A stretch of DNA of 64,000 nt from Lingula anatina (Eukaryota; Animalia; Brachiopoda): positions 9,858,001 to 9,922,000 of the forward strand of contig CM120646.1 of the NCBI GenBank assembly GCA_051362555.1, written 5' to 3'. The translations under genes were made by a program, and so were the position numbers. Below the pieces are notes generated by a model. The model made no database searches and was not told where the DNA came from. It saw only the letters and a program-made list of their open reading frames with translations. Positions 28,701 through 42,600 of this stretch are shown piece after piece (positions within the stretch are counted from its first letter, which is position 1; every line of letters begins with the position of its first letter).

Positions 28701-31700
28701 CAGATAACACACAGCCTTCCAGTGGCCGGCAGTCAGGCTTCACTTCTATGGGACTGAACAGAGGGTTGCTGCCTGGGTCAAGATATAGGCTGTTTTCTAC
28801 ACACATTTGCTGAAAGAAAATGATATAATACATATTAAAGATTAGATGATGCCATTACATTATGTTTATACTTGGACCTACAAATTATCGTCCTTAAGGT
28901 TATTGGCCCCATTCAGAATGCGAAGAGGCGAGTGCTAGCTAGGCTACAACCTAAATACGGCGGACCTACATGAAAGGAAGACCACTTAATCTTGTAATGG
29001 TCTCTCCACCACTCATACGGCTCCCCATGCGTCGTCCCTTGACTGGTTGATTTGAGCCGAGATTTAATTACTGTGCCCCTGCACCAGACTATTTTAAAGC
29101 AGTTTGGGATAACAAGTGGGCTGTCAGTTTGATTAGGGACTATTTCTACTAATAGACAGCATGTTCAAATACTTCATTTATAATTAAAATTGAAATTTGG
29201 AAGCCTTTTTTTAAATAACAGTGCTTCATGCTTTTGTGTCGAATGAAGGCCTACTTGTTTTGTAATTTCACTTATATTGTCTTTTACATGCAATTATTTC
29301 TCCATTATACATCAAAAAATAGTGAGTCTAAAGAGGATAGAGAGTATAATATACAATCCACTTACCAGCCAAGCATTGGTGACAATCTCTGTAACTGTCA
29401 CCTCTATTGGAACGCCTAATATTGGCACTAACCCAAAGTCTGGGACAACCCGGCTGGTGTTGGCCAGAACACTGCCTGGGAGGGAGAATTAAAATACAAC
29501 AATTGGATTATCATACCAGATAAAGTAAAGGCAATCAAAGAGGTGATTTTAAGAAGAGTTAACTGTCAGGTATGGAGCCCGTTTACCAATCTCTCATTTA
29601 TGGGAATGAATAAACTGCTGAAAACAATGGGAGACATTGTCTGTTACACTTTCGTTTGGATGTCGTGTTCCAAAAAACAAGTACTGATTATCTTGTTGTG
29701 ATGTTGCAGACAGAAATGTTTTCAGAATTTTACAAAATTCTTAAAAGAGAAGATTACAGACAGCATGATGTTGAATGATGTTCTTGGATACAAGTTAGTC
29801 AGAGCTTTTAAGTTCATTTTTACATATAATATGAAGATAAATTTGAACCAATATGTCAGGTCTCACTGTGTAAACATCCAGTTTCATGTTGATTTATCAA
29901 AACAGTGTTTGGAGAATAAGAATTTCAGGAAAAATATACCTCATTACAATTGCTCATACTTGTATTTTAGTATAAGAGGAGGAAGATTAGGTTAGGGATA
30001 GAATAAAACTTAGGTGCACTTTCAGTATCCTAATAGCAAGCAGATGCATAGGTGTCCATCTTCTTTGTTTGTTTCGAATATTTTTTTTCTATTTCTTGGA
30101 ACTTTTGATACACTACAGTGGTAATGTGTAACTTATTGATATGACAGCAATTTAATTTCGTAAGCAGTGTTGTTATTGTTTTGTCGACCTTATTTGGCAT
30201 GCAGCATATATACATCAATAGCTATATGAAGGACTTCTTATCTAAAACTGTTACCCTTGTTATGGCCAAACACCTATTCAAGTTCAACCCTTTAAAAATG
30301 TGAATATCAGAGTTTTAGGTGTTTACAGATAGTTCGACATCTTATGCATTGCTTAAAAAATAGTATATGGACACTGCTCTTTTACATTAAAAAAACATTA
30401 AACTGTTTTTAATAAAGGTACTAAGTTGAGACTTTGTTTAGAAACTTGTCACTTTTCCCTGTTTTTTGTATGTTAATATTGTTAATATTTGTCTTTACTA
30501 CATAAAATATACTTATTAAATTGCAAAGTCAAAGAAGTCAAATTGAAAGATAGAGCTCAATAAAATGACAAAACTCTTGGTCAAGGCTTGGGGTGAAAAG
30601 AATTTTTGTAAGGCTCTTGACATTGCATGCTTATGGTTTAGGCCCTATCATCAAGGTGAAAAGCCACCACTGTTAAAATGAACAAATTCATCATATGTAC
30701 CTGTTTTTACCTCGTTTTCACTTTCAATCATGTCATATTCTGTCAATATATCGTCCAAATGTTCTCCTGATAAAAATAAGCATCAGCATGTTTGAAAAAA
30801 CTGATGCAAAATAATGTATATAAAATCAATCTCCAAGAAGAATAGAGTGACACAGAAAAAAACCTTGATAAAGCCCCCCCCCCCACCCCCAAGCTATCTC
30901 AGCCCACTCTAACAGACCTCAGACAATAAAGAGTGTGATTAGCGATGTTGTTAACTCTCCTTCAGATGTTCCTCCTTGAGACAATCAAGTGTAGGCAGTA
31001 AGTTAATGAAAGTGAACATGAAAATAAAATAAGAAGAGAGAGGCAGAGAGATTGACCTTTATTCTCCTCTATCATCTCCCTTAGAGCTTCCACCTGGTCT
31101 AAGTCAAAACCAAGGATCACAAATGTTTTCTTGTTGAAGATTCCCTGTTCACCTGCAATATAAAATATCATATTAAAAAAATATAATAATCAAATATAAT
31201 ATACAATGAAAGTTTTGATTAATATTATCCGTTTAACATGATTTTATACCAATGGAACAGTCATTACAATCATTAGTAACTGTGTTCATAAAGAAACATA
31301 TTATGCAATTTAACAATTGAATACAAGCACAAAAATATATTCTTTTAAGGTGGCTATTTGTTCATGACAACAAGCCACAACCAGTGCTCTTAGATGAAAA
31401 TGAAAGTTGTCAGTGTAACTCAGTGTAACAAAGCTTCAGCTATATTCACTCTTGTAACATTTCAAAAAAAAAAAAAAAAAAACGCCCATTGGACCTTCCA
31501 TTTAATTATGAAAGTGATATTCATTTAAAGACATGTTTCATAGAGGACAATAAAATTTATTTGAGCACATGATTAATATAAATCTTTACCAATACCACAT
31601 TTTATGGTAGTTTTTATTAGTTTCCCTTACTCTTTTAGTTACATTAATATTACATTGAATTATAGAGATTAAAATGATTATTTTCATTTGATCCTACCAG

Positions 31701-34700
31701 AAGTTAAATTTTTTTACACACCTACACAAAATGCAGGGGCAGACCCATGATTATTTGAAAGGGGGGTCCTTTTTTTTAAGGAATGACAGGCCTCAGATGA
31801 AGCCAACCCTTACCCTCTTGGTGTGGGGTTCAGGACCCACTCAAGGGACCAGAAAAATTTTTGGTTTTTTAGAGGACAAACAGCGCCATTTGGTACATTT
31901 CAGAACTATGATTCAGCTAGTCAAAATTCTGATTTCAAAGTCACTGGGATTTTTTTCTTTTCTCTTTTTTTTTTCTTTTTTCTTTTTTTTTTTTTTGGTG
32001 TTAGTTTTTTCAGAAACTGAAGGAAGTGGTCAGGACCCCCTTCTCCTATCCCTAAACCTGATACTGAAGTATCTTTTGTATCAGGGGGAGGGAAGGGGCA
32101 CTAATAGAAGCATAGGAGTGCTGCAAGCACAGGAACAAAAAGCAGTGCCTCGATATGAGAACAAGGTCAACCAGGACGATTTTGCCATGCTTTCGCCTGT
32201 AATTCCCACCAAATATCAATTAAGCTAATTAATAGGCCCAGAACCAGTTTTCTTATGATATGACAGTACATTTATTTTACCTGAAAATTTCAATTATTAC
32301 CAAGAAACATTATGATTGAGCCCATTCTACAAATATAACAACAAAATTCTAATTTTCATGTGGCTATAAAATGACTCCTATAGATGAGTGCCATTGCCTT
32401 GCTTTTGAGAAATTAGAAATGTCTGTCAAAAAGCGGAAGTGAAAGTTAAAATATTATGTCTGCTAATTTTGCCCTAAAACATGGGTTTTCTCATATGCAT
32501 TACCTAAAATTAACCTATATATGTTAATGGTTTTGAATGCATTTTGCAATAACATTTACACTAGCACTCATGGAGTGTTTTCCTTTTTAGGAATGGGGGA
32601 GGGGTGGTAAATTCCCATGGGACCACAAATAACACTATAAATACAAAGGGAATCTCCTTAAAATAACGACAAAATAAATGTTATTCTAAGCAAAGTCCAA
32701 TGGATTTACATTATAAAACATACAACCAGCAGAACATTTCCTATGAATATTCTTTATCAAAATGACACCAGGAAGCAAATTAATCAAATCAACCAAACAG
32801 TAAACATTGACAGGCTTTGTTAATTCAGACATGCTGAAAACTTTTTAGAATGGCCAGACATTTGGAGCGGCAGTAATGAAAAATTTGCCGGACCGATCGA
32901 TGAATTTTTGTTGGACCAAAAATCACTCTATACGTTTGAGACAGATACTACCAGTACGATTAGGAAGCTTACTTTGTTTTTGAATGTGATAGTTTTGAAA
33001 TGGAAGGGAAAAAACGCTTTGGGTTTTATGTAATTTTATAAGTGAAGTATGTCGAAAGATGACTGTAAATTCAAATGTGGTTCTTAAAACTCTTGTCGGT
33101 CCTTTGGACCGACCAAGTCCAATTTTTTACCTGTCCAGACAAATTTCCTGGTCATGACCGATCGGACCGACAGTTTCAGCACGTCTGTAATTTTGCTAAT
33201 TTGTTTACGTATTTCAAACAGCAAACTTTTGTCACATGCAAAGACGTTTGAATCCTGTGCTGGTGCAGCAGTTTTCACAAGTGAAAATCTTCTCACTTTC
33301 AGGCTGGCAGACTCCACTCTTGACAGGTATGCAATTATGTTGCCAGTTATTTACTTCTTGTAGTTAGATCTTAATATAGTTCATGCATTAAAAGTTCTCA
33401 AACCAAACCTTCAATTTCAGTCATATCTGCATCATCTAATTCTCCTTGACCTTGATCTTGCTGCATTTCAGCCTCCTCTTGTTCAATCACTTTTAGCAGT
33501 GCACTCTCATCTGTCATATCTTAAAATTGGAAGAAATCAAACAAATGAACCAGCCATCCACGTTTAAGGAAAATGGCTGCACTCAGAACAGTGGACTAAC
33601 TAGTCCGAGGGTCAAATATAGCCGACACACTTGCATACTTCCCCCACAGGGAAATCTATTCAGTGTCTATAAGCAGATTAGCAAGCTATTTAGTGGGTCA
33701 CCATATTTGACCTGTGGACTAGTTAGTCCACTGTTCTGAATGCGGCCAATGACAAAATTACAATAAAATTATGGTTTTAATTGCCATGCACTAAGATATT
33801 CCACGCAGACTGGACAAGTGCCACGCAGGGACTCCTAGCAATGCCTCTTGTTCTGAATTAGACAAACGGATTATGCTTTATTACCACCAGGCTGTAAAGG
33901 ATAACATTTAAATATATACTATAGTCAAAAATAGAAGCTCACCACTGTGTTGAGGGAGATACTGGCTAATTATGTTGTCCATATCTTCATCTTCCTGCAG
34001 CACAGCAGTAGCAGCAGTTTTTTCCAGCTCTGCTGGAGTTCTGGAGCCTGACCTGATATGGTGGAGTAAAAAGTGATACACTAAAGAAGTTGACAGCACT
34101 GGGGTTCTGATGGCCATACATGCAATGACTAAATAACCAATATTTTTAACTTCAAATGCTGATCACTTCACTAGTGAAAACTAAGCTGTGATATTTGGCA
34201 CATATGGCCAATCTTCATCTTTTGCATAAGTCTACATTAAGCTGTAAAATTTCAATCCAGAAAAAGCTTTACATACTTTATATGGGACGTGTGCCCTTCA
34301 AGTTCATAATGTACATGAATCGCTTAACTGTATATTGAAAAAAATCAAATGTTGATGAACATATTCATTCTGCATTATGAGGCTGAATTCCTCCAGTTTG
34401 TTGGCTAAGGCTCTGGTATTTTGTACAGAGTATCGTTGGCAATTGCCATCTGTTGATCTTATGCTAGGTGAGATCTTTGAAAATGCAACTAGGTTGAACA
34501 CCTTCAAACTTTGGTTGCCTTCTACTGTGGCACCCCTTTTTGGATCATGATCATGGGTGTCAATCACAACACTTCCACTGGTGTCAATAACAACACTTTC
34601 TTTTGATTAAACACTAACTTTAGGCCTCTTTGGGTACAACTATATTCAAACTTACAACTTACAAATGTGTAAGTAAGTTGTTTTACTTAAATAAACCCAA

Positions 34701-36591
34701 CTTATAAGCAAATGACGTAACAAAAATGTGTGCCAACATGCTGATAATAACTGATATTGTTGTCCATACAGAAATGCCTTTCCTTCAGACAGCAGCTATT
34801 TCTGCCATAACTTTGGGCACCTCATACCATACCTCAAAAGGTCAAACACTATGACCCCATTCCCAGAGATTAGATCGATCCAACTAGATCGACCTAACTC
34901 CCTGGGGGTTCACACTAAATAGCTGTCAGCCAAGCGGGCACGAAAGTTGATTACCCCCTTATAGCTTGTAGTAGGCAAGACGGACATTTAAGCCGGATTA
35001 TCTGACAGTAATCTAGTGAGACTTCCCACGGGGATAGATCAATCTAAAAACTATGGGAATGCGCCCTATGTGTACCTTAACACTGTTTGGCTTGTTTGGT
35101 CAAGATGAGGCAGGTATGAAAACCTGAATTTGTTTTCATCCACACGGATCCCCTGCTGAAAACACTGCACCAGCCAGTCACAGGACACCACATGAGGTCT
35201 GAAATAACAACTGGACAAGTAGGATATCACACAATTGAATCAACAAAACAATTATATAATGTTTGGTGAGGTTGAGTGATGATTGATAAATCAACTACCA
35301 GGGAAATGTCCCTTAGGGTCCCATTAAACTTTGTGTAAATAAAGTTGGGTTGTTTGTGAGGTGGTTGATTCTGCAACTAAAGTTGGTGATCATATAATCC
35401 CACCCATCCATGCGTCCATCTGTGGGTTTGTTAAAAATTTTGCTCTCGACTCCTAGAGTATAAGACTGAGAAAGCTGAAATATGGTGTTTCATATACCTT
35501 TCATCAGGAAAATGCATGGGCATTACTTAATTTTGGTGAACCTGGGGGTTGGGATGTCCCTGGAGGGTGAAAGATTCTAATTTTCTTTTCACATTTGAAA
35601 TTCTTCATTTAAACTAGACCTATCCTCAGGGAGTGCATGGGCATTTCAGAATTCTTGAGAACCTGGGAGTTGGGTTGTCCCTGGCGGGAAGGGGGGGGGG
35701 GAGAATTCATTGATGATTTTTCACATTGTTATTTCTGCTATCTCCTCCTAGAATATTAAACTTTAAGTATGTAGGATCCATGCTTTGTCATAGATATCTA
35801 GGGAATGATGTCTCTAAGGGAAGTGCAGGAATATACAATGGATACCCATCTCCTTCAAAACCATTAGTGTGCTGAATGTATCCTTTTACACTTTCCTTTA
35901 AAGGTGTTTCACACTCATTTTTTTAAAATTCACTCACTGTTATAGTTTAATGAAAGATTATAAAAGTGCAAATAACAATGTGTAAAATTGACTCTTGCAC
36001 CCTCAGGGACAGCCATTAGCATGTTTTATCTAAATGACAGGTTTATCAACCTTTAAAATTTCAAGCTCCTAATAATGCAACCCCACCAGATACGGCTTAT
36101 GGTTTCAGTGTAAAAGGTAAGACCATCCCCATCCCAGCTCTATTTCTCTATGTAGTTTTTAAAACTGTTTTAGTGACTTAAAGAGAAGCCAGTTGAACTG
36201 TGATTGCCAAAAGCATATTCATGCTTTTCTTTGGTTGCAAAGCGCATCTTAGGTGAAAAATTCATCGCAGTAGCAAAATATGACACTCCCAGTAGTGCCA
36301 GTTATTGCAACCCACTGCATCTTGTCACCCCACTGTTTTTTGATACAACAGCATTATCTCATAACATTACCGTAACAATATTTCTGCATTAGCATATACT
36401 GAAAAACTACAAACAGTATCTTTAAGACAGTTATTGTACCTGCTTTTCATCTCCATGATTTGCTTTATATGTTCTTCAACAGCCTCCCCAACAATAACAT
36501 GGGACACATTATCATTCAGCTGGTTAAATCTGAAAAATATCAAATGCATATGATTGATTGAGATAGCTTGAGACATTGACAAAGTACTGAA

Positions 36592-36646
<55 letters not shown>

Positions 36647-39600
36647 CACTCAAACTTCAATGTAAAATTTCTAGGACAATGTTAACATTTTAATAAATCA
36701 TCACCAACACCCAAATTTGGCCTGACAAGTCACTAGATTACTTGAAGACAAAGGCAGCTTTTTTAAATGCACAAGTCCTATCTGATACATCAGAATTTAG
36801 TTGACTTAAATAAACTATGCTTAAAATGTGTACATGGCATCAGTCATTGAAATTAAACATGGCATCAGAGATCAATCATACAATGGCTGAGAATGGCAAG
36901 TATTTAAATGAATTTCACAAACTGATCAAGGAGTAAGGGCTAAGTTTTGGAAACAGCTGGTCATAAAATGGAATAATTTTTTAAAAAATTCTTGAAAATG
37001 TTCATATTTTCTTGAAACTGAATTTAAACAAGTGAAATATGCAACTTAAAATCATTTTCACTGGCCTATCCTCTGACATACCTTGTTCCACCTCCTGTAT
37101 TGATGATTCTGCGTAGCTTCTCTGTCTGAGAACTCTTGAAACCACTCAGAAACAACTGAAATTATAACCTTGATCTTAAACAGGTCAACCAGGAGTCCTT
37201 TGGTACTTCAAGGAAACTCTGCATTGTTGCATTTTGGGTAAGATGGCAAAAGTAAATAAAATAACACATAACTCAGACTAGCTCTGTATTTTGCAGAATC
37301 CAGGAAAAACCAAACAGATCATATACATGTTCACTCACAGCTATTAATTTGAAATAGGCAGAGATAGGTTAACGACCATAGTAAATGAACAATGTAGGCT
37401 CACAGAGGAAAATTCTCTACAATCCTTCACATCATTTTGTTTGTAAGTAAACACATAGGTTACCATTAACCCATGGTGTTCTGAAAAATATCTTGAGCTA
37501 AATGTTGAAAACAGACCTACTAGACCCTCTTTCGATAAAAGATTGAAAAAGTGTAAGATTTTTTTTTTGCTATCTCTGATGCCCTTATAAATGGCACATC
37601 AACATAGACGTCATTGTTAGTAAGGCTCAACAAAGACTATGTCAACCAAGAACTGCACATAAAATTTTACTGCTGAATGATGTGTAATGACATTTTTTTT
37701 TCACCATATGGTATTTGTACTGCTACAACGGAAGACAAGAATAGCTTTGAATCCATAATGAAAACTGACAGAACCGTTTTATTGATATTAAATAGATTTA
37801 TATATCATATTTTGTATAAATATGACAATAAATACTCTTAAAATTTAACAGTGGTTTAGCTAAAATATTTACCCTAACACTAAGATATCTTTATTCATAA
37901 CTACCACGAGTTCATTGTGTTTTTTTTTTTTTTTTTTTTTACCTTACAGCCATCTAAGAATGCATCTCCCATTCTGGAAGAGAGATCTAGGTCATCTAAA
38001 GGATCCTTGCTTTCTGGTTCCTTGATTAGGGATTTATTGGAATGAGACATTCTGGTCTGATTAGTGGTAATCACAGCAGTTTCGTCAATGTTGGATGTGA
38101 CTGACACATTAGTGATGTTACTCATATCTGTGATACAAGGCAGCTGACCTGCAATAAAGGAAAGACAAATCTGCCAGATCTACACACAACATGCATCAGC
38201 GGAAACATGAGCACTGACAAAATAATACAGCAACATACAATCCTGATCCTCTGACAGTCCAGACCCAGACTTTACTGCAAAAAAAACCCCCAAAATACAG
38301 AGCCTAAATAAAAAACAAACACCACTGAAAAAATATAAGGAATGATAATTGTATTAAGTCTGTTTTCAATCTTTACCTGCACCTGAGACAATTGTATGTG
38401 AATTAATGTCTGAAGTAAAATGGCAACATTTCTTCAAAAGCACTGACCTATTGTCAAGCCCTGCCCACCCAGTGACAACACCAAGAGTTATTGTTGGGTC
38501 CACCCATTCAGTGACATCACAAAGAGCTGTTGGTATGCCCCCTCCACCCAGTGAAGTCATGTAGAGCTATTGGCAGGCCTACTCACACAGTGGCATCACC
38601 TAGAGCTATTTGCCAAGCCCCACCCACACAGTAACATCACATAGTGCTACTGGTAGGACCCTCACACCCACTCAGGGAAGTTATGTACTCCAAATGAAAT
38701 ACTTACCTGAAGTTTTCTTTGTGCCTGGTGTTTTTGCATTGTGCATATTTCCAACCCTGAACTTATTCTCATCCATGCAATACCCATTCTGCACAGACTC
38801 AAACAGCCAGGCCAGGCATACTATATGGATCTTCCATTTTACTGCAAACTCATACTTTTGACCTGGAGAACAAAATGAATGATCCTTAAAATCAATGCAT
38901 TTTATTTATAAAAATGTATTGATATAACCTATTAGGTCAAAAGCCAAGTCTAGGAATGTAACACGAAAGATGTTATACTGAAGTTTAATAAAACCATTAT
39001 TTGATTTCAGGCCTAGGTTGGTGAGCAATAAATACTGAAGGCAAAAGTTTGCAGTGTGATGACTGAACTACAAGCTGGAATCTCTATGGAGTGACATGGG
39101 TATCTCAGTTTTTTTATCTAGGTTTTGTTCTAGTGTACCATGCATAAACTCTTAGTCCATAAACAGCAATGTATACTGTAACAGATCAAAACCCCAATCT
39201 TCTTCCCTCCCCTCCCCCCTTCACTTAGCAACAACTCTTACCTTTAGGCTCATTTACAATGAGATGTGTGCAATCATTAATCTTCATTTCACCAGTATAT
39301 CTGCCTCCTGAGGGGAAAATGCACAATTGCTTTAAAAATGCCCTTCTGATTACATTAAGCTAGTATTTGAGAAATTCTACTTATAAACACATCATAAGTT
39401 TGATGAGAATTACATGGGTATATGGGCTGTAAAACTAAATGTTACTGATGAGACTTTGATTGGCCTTATAAGTGTTGATCTGTTACTATCAGTGACCAAT
39501 GCTGGCATTCTTACCCTGGGCCTCTACTACTTGCTTCACCTCTGCACGCTCATCATTGGAGATCCCTGACACAGTGATAACCAGGTCTTTAAACAGGGGG

Positions 39601-42600
39601 CACTTGTATGCCTGGAACTCTGGGTCGGAGCCATGACAATACCTAAAACAAACATCATCATTCATAACATAAGTATGGTTACACTGATACATTGGTCTGT
39701 ACCATGACAATATCTACAACAAACATCATCATTCATAACATAAGTCTGGTTACACTGATACATGGGTCTATACCATGACAATATCTACAACAACCTCCAG
39801 ACATGTCAGCATGGTCACCATTACCAAGGATAAACGGATGTCTGTAGATTATAAGATGTAGAAGTAACCAGTGGTTGTCTCAAACTCCCCAGCCTCTATC
39901 TGCACTTTGGTGGCACAGACATGGTACTCACTCTTGTTTACTCTTCTCCCATACTTTGTCCACCCACTGTGGCAACATGATGGCAACACTTAAACCACCG
40001 GCAACCTGGAACAAAGACGTGCAAACTCAACAGAATTAGCATAAGTTATTGCCAGTGGCTGCAAAACTAAAACACATCAATTATATGGAATTGCACAACA
40101 AATCATTTTAGGTAAACAGACATAAGTTAAAACAACCATAATCCATTTGAAAAAGCCTTCAAAATATATGAACTTTATTTTACAATGGTCCTTTTGGGGG
40201 CTTCTCCATCTGCATCATTACTAAGAAGATAATTCAGCAAACAACATTTGCTGTTCCTTAAACTTACCAAATATTTTTTTGAACCTACTTCTCCAGCCAC
40301 CAGATGTGTGACACTTTGGGTGAAATTTCTGCTCACTTCCCCTCCCATTAGCTCTACTAGGTTATGGAGTCTTTCCTAGTAAAATAATGCCAAGGTCAAA
40401 TAAGAGTGACAAATTGCATTAGTTTATCCTGCAAATGTTACTTTCATGGCAGAGTTTCATATATAACATTTTTCCATTATCAGTTTTAAATGATAAAAAG
40501 ATTATCAATATATATCTTAACCTGTATGTATCTAAGTATTCCCTATAATAGTAATTACTGATAGATTTCCATAACATGCTGCAAAATGTTGACGATTAAG
40601 TCAACCAGTCTGCATTGTTTACAATGACCCTATGCCAAAAGCGAACTTAGTTTAGTAAACATAAAATGCAGACCATCACAATTCAGCCACCTTAAGGAGT
40701 TACTGATTACTATTTTTACTTTTGGTCATTTAAACATGAAGCCAGAAGTCCTAAAGGACCAGTAGACTGCTGTCTCAACCAGCATCTGGTTGGCTAATGT
40801 GGATTTCTCCCTCTGCAGTTCTATTGCATACCCTTTCATTTTTCTCCACTCCAGTACAACTGATCACCAGGTTCTTCATGCCTAGTGTGTATATTGGATG
40901 CTTAGCTCTTGGGGCAGCCTGGAATATAGCATAATGAAATACACTGTAAGCTAACTGGGTTCATACAGCAGCATTAATGACAAATTCAATGACTTTCAAG
41001 GACTTTTGAGGCCCTAATTCAAGTACTTTTCAGGGATTTTTTAGTGAAAATGAGAATGATTTCTTAAGATTTAGAACTGTACATCATTTCTTTACACTTT
41101 TTATTTTAACACATTGATGATGAAATATGTAAGGAATAAAACTGAATTATGTTTTAAAAGGGATTAAAGGGTATTCTACCCATCCATGAATAACCTGTCC
41201 ATATTCAGGTACAAAACTAAAAGGTTTAAAATATTTGATTAAGTGATCAATTCTAATAATTATAACAATGTTTATCTGCGACTAAAATAGTTGGATTGCA
41301 CAAAAACAAAAATTGTTAAATCTTGTCATTTGTTGTTTTTCAAGACCCTGGTGGCAAGTACTGTTTAAAGCCTCAAACAGAATTCAAGGTGCTGGGCTAA
41401 ATTAAAGCATTTTTCAAGGCTGTATGGACCCTGGATTAATACTCAGTTATTTATTTTTTTCACCAAGAAATAAAAAAAATTGGGTGTCTGCACCATTTTA
41501 CATACAGGTTTTGTGAGATTTGAGTTTCTGGTTACTAATATCTCTTACCTCAGCATTTTTCAAGCATGCCAGCAGACACTGGGGACCATATAACCTATAA
41601 TAAATGAAAAGAGATAATATCATACTACTAAATTCTCTCAAGTTTCAAGAACAAAATTCAAGCAGCATTTTCATTTTGTATCATCTATCAAAATGAAATA
41701 TAATTCATAGACATTCTGTAAGAATCAAGCATGGGTGAATAGGACTCAAAATTAATTGCCTTTCTTTTCTGTCCAGTTATAGATCTTGGTCCAAAACTAC
41801 AGTAGCAATATCAGCATTTTGCCATCTAAAATGTCCTTCCTGCTGTGGATACAGGCAAAAGTTTTAGAAGGCTTGTTAAGGGGGTAAATGCTGGTAAGTA
41901 CAAGTTTCTACTTGGCAGGAATATTCCTTGGGGCAAAGAGACGCTGTATGCATGCTAATATTAACATAAGTACAAATCATGCAAATTAGTACCAAAATAT
42001 GATGAACTAGTATCATACTTTTAAAAATATTTTGCCTAAAACTAGTGCAAGTGACCAGAATGTCTTAATTACAGGAAAAAAACACATTTTGGACATCATG
42101 GAAACAATAAGTACCCATTTGGTCATCAACCCCAAGCTTAAGACAGCTGCCTGTCAACATTTTGAAATGGGCATAATTTTTTGAAGCATGACTGGACTTA
42201 CAGACATGCGCGCAGCGCAATATATCAATTCTTGCTTTTTTGGAAGGTGCAAAAGTCATTGCTGGCATTGTTATGGTCATAGAAGGTAATTAAAAAGTAG
42301 ACTAGTAAAGAATTTCTAAAGTGAATTCCAAAACAAAAGTCATTGGGTTGTACCGTACACTACAAAATTACCAATTATGTAAATAATCTTTAAAATTTGA
42401 AACTGATATTGAAGCAGACTTTGTAGTCTTCTTTGCAAGACAAACCTTATGTGTGTAACATTAAATTTGAGAATGTGGTTATCATTATTTAGTTATTTAC
42501 CTGTTGTTCACATTCTTCAGATGTTCAAAAACCCTGCCTTCAAATGGATCAATGATGTACATAGAATCCCTCTCTCTCTGGTTCACAGCCATGCAGTCCA

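Noticed and set aside
31731-32228. Longest ORF in the track (165 aa)
   Set aside because: Runs through a MITE-like remnant and poly-T; low complexity, antisense intronic
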